Shown here one piece after another: positions 1 to 10,817 of a stretch of DNA of 64,000 bases (position 1 is its first letter; each line of letters opens with the position of its first letter). The stretch comes from Syntrophales bacterium (GTDB taxonomy: Bacteria; Desulfobacterota; Syntrophia; Syntrophales; PHBD01), in assembly GCA_963668175.1 (NCBI GenBank), contig OY764159.1, forward strand, positions 2,784,001 through 2,848,000, read 5' to 3'. The notes beneath the pieces were generated by a model. That model saw only the letters and a program-made list of their open reading frames with translations. It did not search any database and had not been told where the DNA came from. A program made the translations under genes and the position numbers.

Positions 1-144
1 TGCGGTGTTTTGGGAACCGTTCCGCCGGCCGCTGTCTTCAACCTCTTTATTGTTGCAAGAGGGACGCTTTTTTTCTATAATGATACCGTATGTAAAACCT
101 TCGGATACGAAGGCTGACGAAAAACGACCCTGTGAGGAAATCCC

Positions 145-1824
145 TTGAAAAAACTTGCCGTTGTCCTGTCCGGTTTTCTCCTGGTTTTCCTGTGTGCGGT
201 CTTGTCGCCGGTCGAAGCGAAGGCCGCCGGACCTTCGGCGCGCGGTGACACGATTCAACTGACGGTCGGCGAAGGCGATTGCCTCTTCAATATCTGCAAG
301 AAATACATGGATGGCAGCAACCGCTGGCAGGAGATCGCCCGGATCAACCGCCTGGCCGATCCCCATATGATTCATCCCGGCACGAAACTGACTGTTCCCG
401 TCTCGTTCCTGAAAAGGACGCCCCTGAAGGGCCGGGTAACGTTCGTCCTGGGCGACGCGAAGGCGCAGGCCGAAGGCCGGGGCGACTGGGTTCCCCTGAA
501 ATCGGGCGACGAAGTCTCCCAGAACAGCAACATCAGGACCGGCGAAGACAGCGCCCTGGAGATCGCCTTCTCCGACGGCAGCATCTTCGTGCTCAAGGCC
601 GATACGGAGATCGGCATCAGGCAGGCGGAGCAGGCCCTGGGCTCCTATTTCTTCCGCGACCTGTATCTCAAGGTCGGTCGCGTCATATCACGCATCAAGG
701 AGGCGACGGGCGCCTCCTCGCGCTACAAGGTCCGCACGCCTTCGGCCATCGCCTCCGTGAGGGGTACGGAATTCCGGGTCGCCGTGGACGGGGAGGAAAA
801 GACGCTGACGGAGGTCGTGGAAAGGACCGTGACCGTCGAAGCCGCGCGCAAAAGCGTCGATGTGGCCCGGGGGGAGGGGACCGTTGTCGAGCAGGGCAAG
901 CCGCCGCTGCCGCCCCGGAAACTCCTGCCGCCGCCCGCACCTTCCGATTTGAAGCCCGTCTATAATACGGCGCCGGTCGTCCGTTTCGCGGCCGTGGACG
1001 GCGCGGGGGCATACCGGGTTGCCGTGGCCGCCGACAGGGACGGGAAGAATCCGCTCCGCGAGAAGATCGTCAAGGCGGGCGAGCCGTTCACAGCGGCCAA
1101 TCTCGCCGACGGCTCCTACTTCCTCTTTGTGCAGAGCATCGACGAAGCGGGCCTGGAAGGCCTGTCCTCCGAGGCCTATCCGTTCCGGGTCCGGCTGAAT
1201 CCGCTGCCGCCCATCACGCAGACGCCGCAGGACGGCGCGAAGACCAAGGGGGCCTCGCAGGAATTCCGGTGGCTCACCGTCGGCGACGCCGTCCGGTACC
1301 ATGTGCAGGTCGCTTCCGACCGAGGATTTTCAAACGTGGTCCTCGACAGGTCCGGTGTCTCCGGTACGGCCTTCCGCACTTCCGCCCTGGAGTACAGGGC
1401 CTACTATTTCCGCATCGCCTCCATCGCCGACGACGGCTATCAGGGGGCATGGTCCGATCCGCTGGGCTTCGCCCTGACGCCGCTCCCGCCGACGCCCTCC
1501 ATGGACCGGCCGGCCGTCGCGAAGGACGAAATCAATCTGCGGTCGCGAAGCATCGGCGAGGGGTTCGCCTACCGGTTCCAGGTGGCGAAGGATGCGGGGT
1601 TTAAGGAGATCGTCGAGGACCGCAGGACGGACAGGCCCGAGATGACCATGAAGCGGCCGAAGGAGACAGGGACGTACTACGTGAGGATCGCGGGCATCGA
1701 CCGCGACGGAGACGCGGGCGAATATTCGCCGCCGCAGAGCTTCGCCGTCGAGGATAGATTTCCCTACGAATGGCTCGGCGGTTCCGTCCTGGGTTCCGTC
1801 CTGCTCATTATTCTTCTGCATTAA
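145..1824 (+). CDS. LysM + FecR + fibronectin type III repeat exported protein with C-terminal membrane anchor
   Basis: Signal peptide; LysM-like GDCLFNIC…WQEIARINRLADPHMIHPGTKLTVP; FecR motif VRTPSAIASVRGTEFRV; FN3-like repeats (YYFRIASI, YYVRIAGID); hydrophobic C-terminus. TTG start. Confidence 0.85.
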   Translation: MKKLAVVLSGFLLVFLCAVLSPVEAKAAGPSARGDTIQLTVGEGDCLFNICKKYMDGSNRWQEIARINRLADPHMIHPGTKLTVPVSFLKRTPLKGRVTFVLGDAKAQAEGRGDWVPLKSGDEVSQNSNIRTGEDSALEIAFSDGSIFVLKADTEIGIRQAEQALGSYFFRDLYLKVGRVISRIKEATGASSRYKVRTPSAIASVRGTEFRVAVDGEEKTLTEVVERTVTVEAARKSVDVARGEGTVVEQGKPPLPPRKLLPPPAPSDLKPVYNTAPVVRFAAVDGAGAYRVAVAADRDGKNPLREKIVKAGEPFTAANLADGSYFLFVQSIDEAGLEGLSSEAYPFRVRLNPLPPITQTPQDGAKTKGASQEFRWLTVGDAVRYHVQVASDRGFSNVVLDRSGVSGTAFRTSALEYRAYYFRIASIADDGYQGAWSDPLGFALTPLPPTPSMDRPAVAKDEINLRSRSIGEGFAYRFQVAKDAGFKEIVEDRRTDRPEMTMKRPKETGTYYVRIAGIDRDGDAGEYSPPQSFAVEDRFPYEWLGGSVLGSVLLIILLH

Positions 1825-1938
1825 CGGGCTTCTGCATCAGCCGGCGGCGGACCGGCGAAAGCGCCGAACGCGTCCCGATGCGGGCCGTTCGACGTGCCGC
1901 CGGGAACGTGAATCCCGATTGACTGCGATAGGACCTCC

Positions 1939-4206
1939 ATGAAGAAGATCGTCATCCCCCTCGTCTCCCTCGCGGTCCTTTTCCTGATCGAATATCTCGG
2001 GTTCCTGAACGGCGTGAACGGCTATTTCTACGATCTCTCCTTCCGCCTCAGGGGGCCCCGGACGCCGCCCGCGGGCATCGTCGTCGTCGCCGTGGACGAG
2101 AAGACGATGGCGGAGCTGGGCCGCTGGCCCATCGCCAGGCGGCATTACACGACGCTTCTGGAAAGGACGAAAGACGCGGCGGCCGTGGGGTTCGACATCG
2201 TCATGGCCGAGCCCTCCCCGGACGACGCGGGCCTCGCCGCGGCCATCGCCGGGCACGGAAACGCCGTCCTTCCCATCGTCATCGAGGAGGACATGACCGC
2301 CGTCTACCCCTCCCGGGTCCTTGCCTCCGCCCGCACGGGCCACGTCCACATCGAGCGGGGCCTCGACGGCATCGCCCGGGAAGTATACCACACCCTCTAT
2401 TTCGGCGGAAAGACGCTGCCGTCCTTTTCGTCCGTCGTTCTCGAAACGGCTTCCAAATCGCCGTTTGCAAGGGAGAAACTTGCGACGGGAGGCGGCGCGC
2501 CCGCCGATATCGTCCAGGGCGATGCGATGACGATCCATTTCTACGGCGGCCCGGGAACGTTTGCGAGGGTTTCCTTCCTGGACGTCGTGAAAGGCGCGTA
2601 TCCGCCGGATTATTTCCGGAAGAAGATCGTTCTCGTCGGCATTACGGCCCTGGGACTCGTCGACAGCGTCATGACGCCCTTTTCGGAAACGAGGCTGGGG
2701 ACGGCGGGCGTGGAGGTCCAGGCGAATATCCTCGCGAATCTCCTTGAGGGGAACGCCGTCCGTATCGTTCCCCTGGCCGTACGCTTTCCGGCGGGCGCGC
2801 TCCTGGCCGTAATCCTCTATGTCTTCTTTTTCAGGACCACGGAAGGAAAGGGAGCCCTTGTCCTCGTCGCCGCCCTCGGCCTCGGTTCCCTGGCCGTCTT
2901 CCTCGTCTTTTCGCTCGGGCAGGCGTGGTTCGCCCCCGCCGGCTCCCTGGCGGCCGTGGTCGTCCTCTTTGCGTCGGCCTATGTCGTCAAGCTGAGCGAA
3001 GCGGCCGCAAGCCTCGGCGCGACTTACAAGGCCATCGGGCCGCACCTGCGCAACCGTCCGGCGGAAAGCGGCGGCAACCCCGTCGCCGGCGGACTCGCCG
3101 GCATCGTGACGCCCCGGGGCATCCAGGCGCAAGCGTCGCTTCTCGCCGACATCACCCACGAGCTCATCTTCGAGAAGGAGCTGTCGGACCGCATTCTTTT
3201 GAGCGACGTCTTCGGCGTGGCGGTCTTCGACGGGGAGGGGAGGGCGGTCATGGCAAGCACGGACGTCCGCCGGATCTGCGGCGAGAATGGCGTATCCCTC
3301 GAAAGCCGGGACCGGTTCGCCGCGGGGCTTTCGCCCTTCGTGCTGGAAAAGGCAGGCGAAGGGCCTCCCTTCGAACGGTGGCTCGCGATGCCGTCCGTCA
3401 CCGTCTCGCTGGAAAGGCCCGACAAGCGGTTTCTGAAACTCGACGTTTCGCGGCTGCCCATCGGAAAGACGGACTACGCCCTCTTCATCCTCTCCGACAT
3501 CACGAAGATCAAGGAAGTGGAAATCCTGAAGGGGCAGATCGTGTCGATCGTCTCCCACGAGATGAAGACGCCCATGTTCAATATCCTGGGATTCAGCGAG
3601 ATCATGGCCCGGGACCTCGACGGGGAGATGGGCCGGTACGCGGCCATCGTCAAGGAGGAATCGGAGCGGCTCACGAAGTTCGTCAACACGTTTCTCGACA
3701 TCAACAGGATCGAGGAAGGGCGGCAGCGGATCGTGCGGACCGACGCGGACCTCGCGGGCCTCGTCCGCGATGTGGCCGCCAAAATGGAGCCGCTGGCCCG
3801 AAAGCGGGACATCCGCATCGTCGTGGAGGCCCCCGCCGCCGTAAGGACCGTCCCGCTGGACCGCGACCTGACGGCGCAGGCCGTCCTGAATCTCGCGGAA
3901 AACGCCGTGAAGTACAGCCCGGCCGGAAGGGCCGTCGCGATCAGGGTTACGGAGGATGCGGAATCCGTCGCCTTGGAAATCGCCGACGAGGGATACGGCA
4001 TCAGGGAAAAGGACCTGGAGCGCATCTTCGAGAAGTTTTACCGGGCCGACCCCGGGGCGCCGGAGAACATCAAGGGATCGGGTTTGGGGCTCACGTTCGT
4101 GAAGGAGGCGACGGAAGCGCAGGGCGGCAGGGTCGAGGCGAAGAGCGTTTTCGGCCGGGGTTCGTCCTTTACGATCCGTTTCCCGGCAAAGAAAAGCGCC
4201 CCCTGA
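1939..4206 (+). CDS. CHASE2-domain sensor histidine kinase
   Basis: CHASE2 motifs (IVVVAVDEKTMAELGRWP, GVEVQAN), three TM helices, H-box VSHEMKTP, N-box NLAENAVKYS, G-boxes DEGYGI and GSGLGL. Confidence 0.92.
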   Translation: MKKIVIPLVSLAVLFLIEYLGFLNGVNGYFYDLSFRLRGPRTPPAGIVVVAVDEKTMAELGRWPIARRHYTTLLERTKDAAAVGFDIVMAEPSPDDAGLAAAIAGHGNAVLPIVIEEDMTAVYPSRVLASARTGHVHIERGLDGIAREVYHTLYFGGKTLPSFSSVVLETASKSPFAREKLATGGGAPADIVQGDAMTIHFYGGPGTFARVSFLDVVKGAYPPDYFRKKIVLVGITALGLVDSVMTPFSETRLGTAGVEVQANILANLLEGNAVRIVPLAVRFPAGALLAVILYVFFFRTTEGKGALVLVAALGLGSLAVFLVFSLGQAWFAPAGSLAAVVVLFASAYVVKLSEAAASLGATYKAIGPHLRNRPAESGGNPVAGGLAGIVTPRGIQAQASLLADITHELIFEKELSDRILLSDVFGVAVFDGEGRAVMASTDVRRICGENGVSLESRDRFAAGLSPFVLEKAGEGPPFERWLAMPSVTVSLERPDKRFLKLDVSRLPIGKTDYALFILSDITKIKEVEILKGQIVSIVSHEMKTPMFNILGFSEIMARDLDGEMGRYAAIVKEESERLTKFVNTFLDINRIEEGRQRIVRTDADLAGLVRDVAAKMEPLARKRDIRIVVEAPAAVRTVPLDRDLTAQAVLNLAENAVKYSPAGRAVAIRVTEDAESVALEIADEGYGIREKDLERIFEKFYRADPGAPENIKGSGLGLTFVKEATEAQGGRVEAKSVFGRGSSFTIRFPAKKSAP

Positions 4207-4276
4207 CGGCAGGCGAGAGAGCCTCCCGCCGGAAGACGCACGGCCGCGTGCGGGCCTGCGACGACGCGGGACGCGT

Positions 4277-6271
4277 TCAGTCCAGGGCCTTCCTGATGAC
4301 CCTGGCGAGGTCCTTCTTGTAGATGGGCTTCATGATGAACTGCCGGACGCCCAGGGCCTTCGCCTGATCCTCCGAGATCATGTCGCTGTATCCCGTGCAG
4401 AGAATGACGGGGATGTCCGAGCGTATTTTCAGCATCTCCTTCGCCAGGTTGTCCCCCCGGATATTGGGCATGGTCATGTCGGTGATGACGAGATCGAACT
4501 CGTCCGGCCGGGCCCTGAAGAGTTCCAGCGCTTCATCGCTGTTCTTTCTCGCCGTGACCCGGTAGCCAAGCGACGAGAGCCTCGCCGTCTCCACTTCCAG
4601 GATGAATTCCTCGTCGTCGATAAAGAGGATGTGCTCGTGGCCGCCGGGGATCGATTCCGGCGCCTCTTCCTTTGCGCGTTCCGCGGATTCGATGACGGGC
4701 AGCAGGACGTTGAATACCGTGCCCTTGCCGACGTCGCTCGCGACGTCGATGGCGCCGCCGTGATCCCTGACGATCCCGTACACGACGGAAAGCCCCAGTC
4801 CGGTGCCCTCGCGCGGCCCCTTCGTCGTGAAGAAGGGGTCGAAGATCCGGTCGATCGTGTCCGGCGCGATGCCGTGGCCCGTGTCGCCGACCGTCAGCCG
4901 GACATAGTCGCAGTCGGGGAGATCGGGCAGGCGGGGCCCGGCCGGCCCGCTCTTCTCCCGGGTCAGCCTGATCTCCAGCGTGCCCCCTTTATCCCTCATG
5001 GCATGGGCCGCATTCGTGCAGAGATTCATCAGGACCTGCTCGATCTGCGTGGGATCGGCCATGATCAGGGACGACTTGTCCGCCATGTCCTGGGCGATCC
5101 TGATCGTCGAGGGGAGGAACGTCTTGATCATCTTGACGGCATCCCTGACGACGGCCGCCGCGACGATCGGCTTGCGTCTGTTCTCCTTCTTGCGGCTGAA
5201 GACGAGGACCTGGCTGACGACGTCCTTGGCGCGCTGGCTCGCGTGCAGGGCCTGGTCGACGTAATACCTCAGGTCGTCGGGATGCGTTTCGAGCTGGGCG
5301 AGTTCCATGTACCCGATCATGGCCCCCAGGATGTTGTTGAACTCGTGGGCGATGCCTCCGGCCAGCGTGCCGATCGCCTCAAGTTTCTGGGCCTTCTGCA
5401 GCATCTCGTTGGCCTGCTTCAGGTCGGCGGTGCGCTCCCGGACCAGCTCTTCCAGGTTGTTCCGGTAGTCGAGAAGGGCTTTTTCCGTGCGGACCTTTTC
5501 GGTGATGTCGTTGATGAGAAGAATGACCGTGTCGGGGTCGCCCTGAAACGGCAGTTTCTTCATGGACAGGAGGCTTTCCGGGGCGTGTATCGTCTCGATC
5601 CGGTCGATGCCGGTTGTTCCGCCGGGGCCTGCGGCGATGAGCGATTCCACCCGGGACGCGCCCTCGCCTTCGAAAAGCTCCGCCAGCGGGAGGGTCAGAA
5701 GCTGGTCCTGCGTCCTGCCCAGTATGCGCGCGGCGGCGGCGTTGGCATAGACGATCCGGCCGCAGTACAGTTCGACAAGCCCTTCGAGCAGGCTCTCCAG
5801 CATGGCCTGCAGGTGGCTGTTCTTGCCGAGGAGTTCCTTGGTGATCTGCCGGGGAATGACCGTGTCGATGCCGATGATCTCCGGCTTCGTTTCATGAGGG
5901 CCGCGGTTGTTCACATCGTTCAGGAAGGAAAGGATATGACGTTCCGTATCCAGGAAGGAGCCCTTGGCGATGAACGCATCGGCGCCGACGGCGGCAGGAT
6001 CGAAACTGAGTTCGGATGCCGCGGCGGACATGAGCACGATGTGCGAATCCCTGAGATGACCCATCTTGCGGATGATCCGGCAGAGTTTGTCGCCGTTGAG
6101 ATTCGGGAGGAAGTAGTCGCAGAAGATGAAGTCGGGGGTGTAGTCGGCCAGCGTCTGGATGGCCGCCACGCCGTTTGCGCAGGAAACGATGTCATAGCCC
6201 GCGTCGCGCAGGCTCTTTGCCAGGAATGTGCTGAGATGGTCGTTGTCGTCGATAAGGAGTATTTTTTTCAT
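4277..6271 (-). CDS. Hybrid histidine kinase (REC-PAS-HisKA-HATPase-REC)
   Basis: N-terminal receiver MKKILLIDD (start taken at 6271), [13 protein letters not shown]-box, NLCTNA, DTGHG, FFTTK/GTGLGL, C-terminal receiver DMTMP. Confidence 0.92.
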   Translation of the reverse strand: MKKILLIDDNDHLSTFLAKSLRDAGYDIVSCANGVAAIQTLADYTPDFIFCDYFLPNLNGDKLCRIIRKMGHLRDSHIVLMSAAASELSFDPAAVGADAFIAKGSFLDTERHILSFLNDVNNRGPHETKPEIIGIDTVIPRQITKELLGKNSHLQAMLESLLEGLVELYCGRIVYANAAAARILGRTQDQLLTLPLAELFEGEGASRVESLIAAGPGGTTGIDRIETIHAPESLLSMKKLPFQGDPDTVILLINDITEKVRTEKALLDYRNNLEELVRERTADLKQANEMLQKAQKLEAIGTLAGGIAHEFNNILGAMIGYMELAQLETHPDDLRYYVDQALHASQRAKDVVSQVLVFSRKKENRRKPIVAAAVVRDAVKMIKTFLPSTIRIAQDMADKSSLIMADPTQIEQVLMNLCTNAAHAMRDKGGTLEIRLTREKSGPAGPRLPDLPDCDYVRLTVGDTGHGIAPDTIDRIFDPFFTTKGPREGTGLGLSVVYGIVRDHGGAIDVASDVGKGTVFNVLLPVIESAERAKEEAPESIPGGHEHILFIDDEEFILEVETARLSSLGYRVTARKNSDEALELFRARPDEFDLVITDMTMPNIRGDNLAKEMLKIRSDIPVILCTGYSDMISEDQAKALGVRQFIMKPIYKKDLARVIRKALD

Positions 6272-6946
6272 AGTGGTCGGCCCTTTAGGGTGAACGGTCG
6301 ATATTGCAAATAAAAGAAGCGCAAGGGGCAAGATTGCGGGCAATCTGATTTACTATCCGAAATTACCATAAGCGGCTCTGAATTTCAGCTTCTTTTTATA
6401 CCGGGGGACGGGACCGGGCGGCGGTCCGTGCAACGCACTCTCTTCATGATGAAAAAATCCGGCCTCCGCGCGCCATAGGATAAACGCCTATGGTTGCCGC
6501 GCGTTCATTCTTACTAAAAATCCATCCTTTACCGCTGTTCAAAATCGGACGAACGACGATTGTTAAACACGGCCGCCTGAATTACATTAGAATCGAAAGA
6601 AGAAGAAAGGCGGCATGCGAAAAGATGTTGGCAGCAGAGATGGTCGGTGTCAGGACCGGAGAAAGAATCGAGTTCAATCCCCAGAAGAACGTCCTGGGGA
6701 AGGTCGTGGGCCGTCCGTGGTCGCCCCCCCGTCAGATAGGCGATAAATGCAGAACCGGAAGGGTCATAGGGACCATCTGAAGACCGGAAGGAGTGCCGAA
6801 ATGATTCACGGGAAAAAGACGGAAAAGAAGACGGAAAGAAAGGAAAGAGGAGAGAAGCTCGAACCCCGCAAACGCGGCGGGATATGGATCGACCCGATGT
6901 GCTTCCCGTACCTCTAAAAAAATAAAAGCCCGAAGGGAGAAGAGCC

Positions 6947-7045
6947 ATGAAAAAGACGACAGTGAAGAAGACCGAAAAGACCATCGAGAAAAAGAGGATT
7001 AACAAAGGCTGGATCGACCCCACCTGCACGCCGATGGAACTGTAA
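6947..7045 (+). CDS. Putative 32-aa small peptide MKKTTVKKTEKTIEKKRINKGWIDPTCTPMEL
   Basis: Below the ORF-track cutoff. Purine-rich RBS (gaagggagaag) precedes the ATG and a strong intrinsic terminator follows at 7101-7135. Confidence 0.5.
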   Translation: MKKTTVKKTEKTIEKKRINKGWIDPTCTPMEL

Positions 7046-7100
7046 CGGCAGGCGGAACCCGGCAGAGACGTTAACCCGTTTTTGAACCGTTTCACGGAGA

Positions 7101-7135
7101 AGGGGCGTTCGGAAGGTACCGAACGCCCCTTTTTT
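7101..7135 (+). terminator. Rho-independent terminator
   Basis: aggggcgttcgg-aaggta-ccgaacgcccct 12-bp stem followed by a T-run. Confidence 0.8.
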
Positions 7136-7282
7136 GTCTGTTGAGATCTTCCTCCAGCCCGACGGAACCGTCTCGTGCGGAATCGGGGAAGCAACGGAAC
7201 GGCGGGACATCCGTGGGGCGGATTCATGAAAAAAGACAGGCCGGAGGTATCCATAACAGGCGGCGCGGGAACGCCCGGCATG

Positions 7283-7310
7283 AAAAAAACCGGGGCTCGT
7301 CGCCCCGGTT
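7283..7310 (-). terminator. Rho-independent terminator of 7344..7643
   Basis: aaaaaaa-ccggggc-tcgtc-gccccggtt; the T-run reads on the minus strand just after the stop. Confidence 0.7.
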
Positions 7311-7343
7311 CGGTTAAGATTGATGTCGCAGGGATCGGGGGCA

Positions 7344-7643
7344 TCAGGCGAGGCCGATCAGTTTAAGCGCCTCTTTCGCTTCCAGCCACACGCGGACGGA
7401 GTACGTAAATCCCGGGACGCCGATATAATTCGACATCCGCGTAATGATATAATCCATCGCTTCCGCCGTCTTCGCCCGGTCGCATTCGAAGAGATTGATC
7501 GACCTGACGCCGGCGCCGACTTCGCTGTCCAGGAACGGACCCTTGATCGTCAAAAAAGGCGGGAGGGGCGGCAGCTCCAGCAGGCGCTTGCCGACTTCCT
7601 TCGCGCTTTCCAGGGGATATGACGATGCGGCGATAATGACCAT
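7344..7643 (-). CDS. Conserved-looking hypothetical protein (99 aa)
   Basis: RBS aaggagg upstream, protein-like composition, own terminator. Confidence 0.75.
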   Translation of the reverse strand: MVIIAASSYPLESAKEVGKRLLELPPLPPFLTIKGPFLDSEVGAGVRSINLFECDRAKTAEAMDYIITRMSNYIGVPGFTYSVRVWLEAKEALKLIGLA

Positions 7644-7886
7644 GTTGCGCCTCCTTTCTTAAAAGAGGTTACCGCAGGGCTGTTTCGCACGAAGCGATAT
7701 CCTTTAAGCCTCCGAAAAGGCGACACGCCGTCCCGGAGGCCCGGCGGCGGTAATTTCCATGGATGCGTCTTCATGAGGTTTGACCTCCTACGGCGGATGC
7801 GCCGCTTGCCTTTCCTGCACAGGCATGCCGGCGACGGGTTCCATTCCGGAAAACGGCGGCCGACATCCATCGCGGGAGACGCGCCG

Positions 7887-10817
7887 TCACGGTGTCCTGT
7901 CCAACTCTTTCCTGACGGCCAGTCCGATGCGCTCCTTGATGTAGGGTTTCCTGACGAACGTGCCCGCGCCCAGCGACTGCGCCATCTTGACCCGATCCGT
8001 CTCGGCGAATCCGCTGACGATGATGGCCCTCTGTCCGGGCCTGATTTCCGATATTTGCCTATAGGTCTCGAAGCCGTCGATCCCGCCGTCCATGATCATG
8101 TCCAGAACGATCAGATCGGCTTCTTTCGACTTCAGGTATTCCACGGCCTCTTCGCCGCTCGGCACCGTGTCGACGCTGTAACGGAGCCGGGTCAGGATGC
8201 TTTCGGCGAGTTCTCTCTGGGCCTTCATGTCGTCCACGACGAGAATCTTTTCGCCGCGTCCCGTATAGTCGGCTTCCGGCACGGCGATATCCTCCTCTTC
8301 GTCCGCTTCCTGGGTTACCGGGAAATAGAGGCGGAATGTCGTGCCTTTGTCCTTTACGCTTGCGACGTCGATGTAGCCGTCGTGGTCCTTCACGGTCCCC
8401 CAGACCACGGAGAGCCCCAGTCCCGTTCCGCTCCGGCCCATCGTCTTCTTCGTGTAGAACGGCTCGAAAATGTGTTTCATGTCGTCGTCCGCTATGCCTT
8501 CGCCGCTGTCGGAGACGGCGAGGACCACGTAATCCCCTTCCCGCATTTCTTCGTAGCCGTTGACCTGCCGGTCCAGATACCGGTTCTCCGTCCGGATGAG
8601 GACCTCGCCGCCCGACGTCATGGCCTCGGCCGCATTAAGGACAAGATTCATCAGGGTCTTCGCGATATGGACCTGCGAGCCCCTGATCCTCAGGAGTCCG
8701 TTTTCCTGTTCCGTTCTCACCCTCACGTTCGGATGCAGGGACATCATTTTGAAGTGCTCCGGCGAGGCGAGGTATTCCAGTATCGTCTTGTTGAGATTGA
8801 TCACCGTCGTCGTCTGCACGCCGCGGCGCGCCAGGGTGAGCAGGTCCTGGACGATGGTCGCGGCCCGCTCGCCGCCGGCCGTGATGTTACGGGCGTCCGT
8901 CCGCCGCGGATCGGATTCGTCCAGTTTGTCGTGGAGAAGCTCCGCGTATCCGACAAGAATCCCGAGGGCATTGTTCAGGTCGTGGGCGACGCCTCCGGCC
9001 AGGATCCCCAGGGCCTCCATCTTTTCCGCCCTTTGCAGTCGATCCTGCAGGGCGATGCGCTCTTCCTCGCCGCGCTTCCTTGCGGTAATGTCCGTGAGCA
9101 TGGCGAAAGACCCGGCAAAGCGCCCCCGATCGTCGTGAACGGCCTTCGCAGAGAGTTGCGTCCATAACGCGGAACCGTCCTTCCGGCGGAAACGGCGTTC
9201 GTAGACCTCATCCTTGCCCTCGTGACGCTCCTTCATAAGCCGTTCGTGAGAAGGCAGATCGTCGGGAAAGAAGAACTCCTCGACCGGCCTGCCGAGCATC
9301 TCTTCCTGTTCGTAACCCAGAATATCGGCCATGGCCCGATTGACGTACGTGGTCCGGTGACCGGCGTCTATCGCCCATATGCCTTCGGTTGCCGTGTCGA
9401 TCAGGAGCCGGTATTTCTCCTCGCTCTTCCGCAGGGCCTCCTCCGCCTCCCTGCGTTCGGTGATATTGCGGACGAAAATGAAGCACTGGTCGCCCGACGG
9501 CAGGTAATTGACCATGACTTCGGCGTCGATGATGCGGCCGCTCTTCGTGCGATGACGCGTCACGAAGGCGGCATGGCCTTCCTTGCGGATGTCCCGTATA
9601 ATGCATTTCATTTCTTCGGGAGAAATCTGCACCTCGACATCCCTGACGCTGAGGGTCAGCATTTCCTCGCGGGTATAGCCCAGCATGAGGCAGGCGGACT
9701 CGTTGACATCGACGAAACGTCCTGTTTCCGCGTCGACGATCCAGAAACCGTCCTGCGCCGTCTTCAGGATCAACGCCAGCCTGTCAAGCTCCAGATTGAG
9801 CCTCTTCTCGCTTTCCTTCAGGACCTCTTCCGTCGCCTGCCTCTGGAGCAGCTCCCTGCTCAGATCGTCGGTTTTTTCCCGGACCTTCCTCGCGAGGGAC
9901 CGGTTCCACGCATAAATGGCGATGGATAAGAGGATAATGGCAATCAGGAGAAGAACGATGACAGTCATGACGGCTTTGGTCGCGAAGGGAATGCTCCGGT
10001 CGACGCGGACCCAGCGGCGGTAGATTTCCTCGCGCTCGGCGGGGCTTACGGCGGACAATCCCTTCTCCAGTATCCCGTTGATCATCGGCCGGTCTTTGCG
10101 GGACGCGAAACTGAGGTCGTAGGCGAAGCCGCTCTCGCCCGCTATGCGGAGATTGGTGATCTTGTACCTGTCGATGATGTAAGAGGCGCTGGCAGTGTCG
10201 GCGACGATGGCGTCGACCTCGCTGAACGAGAGCATCTTGAGGCCGTCGACTTCGTCGTCCACGGGAACGAGATGAAGCCCCGGGTATTTTTCCCGGAGAT
10301 AGGCTTCTACGGCGTACCCCTTGCCCACGGCCACGCGGTATCCTGTGAGCTTTTCGGGCGAGAGCGTTTCCGAGATCTCCTTCTTGACGATGATGACGGC
10401 GGGCACGGAAATATACGGGGAAGTGAAGTTCAGGTATTTCGAACGGTCCTCGTTCTTCATGAGGGAGGTGACGACGTCGGCCTGTCCACGCTGCACTTTC
10501 TTGAGGGCCTCGGCCAGGTTCTCCCCCTTTTCCATGACGAACGTTATGCCGAGCTTCTTCTCGATAAGGCGGAGATAATTCACGGATATGCCTTGCGGCT
10601 TTCCGTCGTCGCCGACGAAGATGAAAGGGGCGTAGTTGCGTTCCGGTATCACCCGGATGACGGGGTGCTCAGTGAGCCACGCCCGTTCGCCGGCGTTCAG
10701 GATATCCGCGTCGCTTTGCGCGGCGGCGTACTGCGGCGTCAGCACAACGGCCGCCATCGCGGACAGGAGGAGCCATATCCGAACCAGTCTATGGATAGAA
10801 CTTGCGAATCCGTTCAT
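7887..10817 (-). CDS. Hybrid sensor kinase with periplasmic substrate-binding domain, 2 PAS, HisKA/HATPase and receiver
   Basis: PBPb/BvgS-like periplasmic domain (NYAPFIF…GISVNYL), TM helix, two PAS, AGGVAHDLNN, FYTKK/GTGLGL, receiver LDMIM. Start estimated at MNGF. Confidence 0.9.
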   Translation of the reverse strand: MNGFASSIHRLVRIWLLLSAMAAVVLTPQYAAAQSDADILNAGERAWLTEHPVIRVIPERNYAPFIFVGDDGKPQGISVNYLRLIEKKLGITFVMEKGENLAEALKKVQRGQADVVTSLMKNEDRSKYLNFTSPYISVPAVIIVKKEISETLSPEKLTGYRVAVGKGYAVEAYLREKYPGLHLVPVDDEVDGLKMLSFSEVDAIVADTASASYIIDRYKITNLRIAGESGFAYDLSFASRKDRPMINGILEKGLSAVSPAEREEIYRRWVRVDRSIPFATKAVMTVIVLLLIAIILLSIAIYAWNRSLARKVREKTDDLSRELLQRQATEEVLKESEKRLNLELDRLALILKTAQDGFWIVDAETGRFVDVNESACLMLGYTREEMLTLSVRDVEVQISPEEMKCIIRDIRKEGHAAFVTRHRTKSGRIIDAEVMVNYLPSGDQCFIFVRNITERREAEEALRKSEEKYRLLIDTATEGIWAIDAGHRTTYVNRAMADILGYEQEEMLGRPVEEFFFPDDLPSHERLMKERHEGKDEVYERRFRRKDGSALWTQLSAKAVHDDRGRFAGSFAMLTDITARKRGEEERIALQDRLQRAEKMEALGILAGGVAHDLNNALGILVGYAELLHDKLDESDPRRTDARNITAGGERAATIVQDLLTLARRGVQTTTVINLNKTILEYLASPEHFKMMSLHPNVRVRTEQENGLLRIRGSQVHIAKTLMNLVLNAAEAMTSGGEVLIRTENRYLDRQVNGYEEMREGDYVVLAVSDSGEGIADDDMKHIFEPFYTKKTMGRSGTGLGLSVVWGTVKDHDGYIDVASVKDKGTTFRLYFPVTQEADEEEDIAVPEADYTGRGEKILVVDDMKAQRELAESILTRLRYSVDTVPSGEEAVEYLKSKEADLIVLDMIMDGGIDGFETYRQISEIRPGQRAIIVSGFAETDRVKMAQSLGAGTFVRKPYIKERIGLAVRKELDRTP

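Noticed and set aside
1837..3558. Long antisense and alternate-frame ORFs (also 4631..6313, 20663..22252, 41120..42604, 43677..45371, 61607..63262)
   Set aside because: They overlap well-supported genes and are typical shadow ORFs of GC-rich coding DNA.
6490..6780. 96-aa ORF and the overlapping 6529..7344 minus ORF
   Set aside because: No recognisable motif or clear RBS; not supportable as genes.
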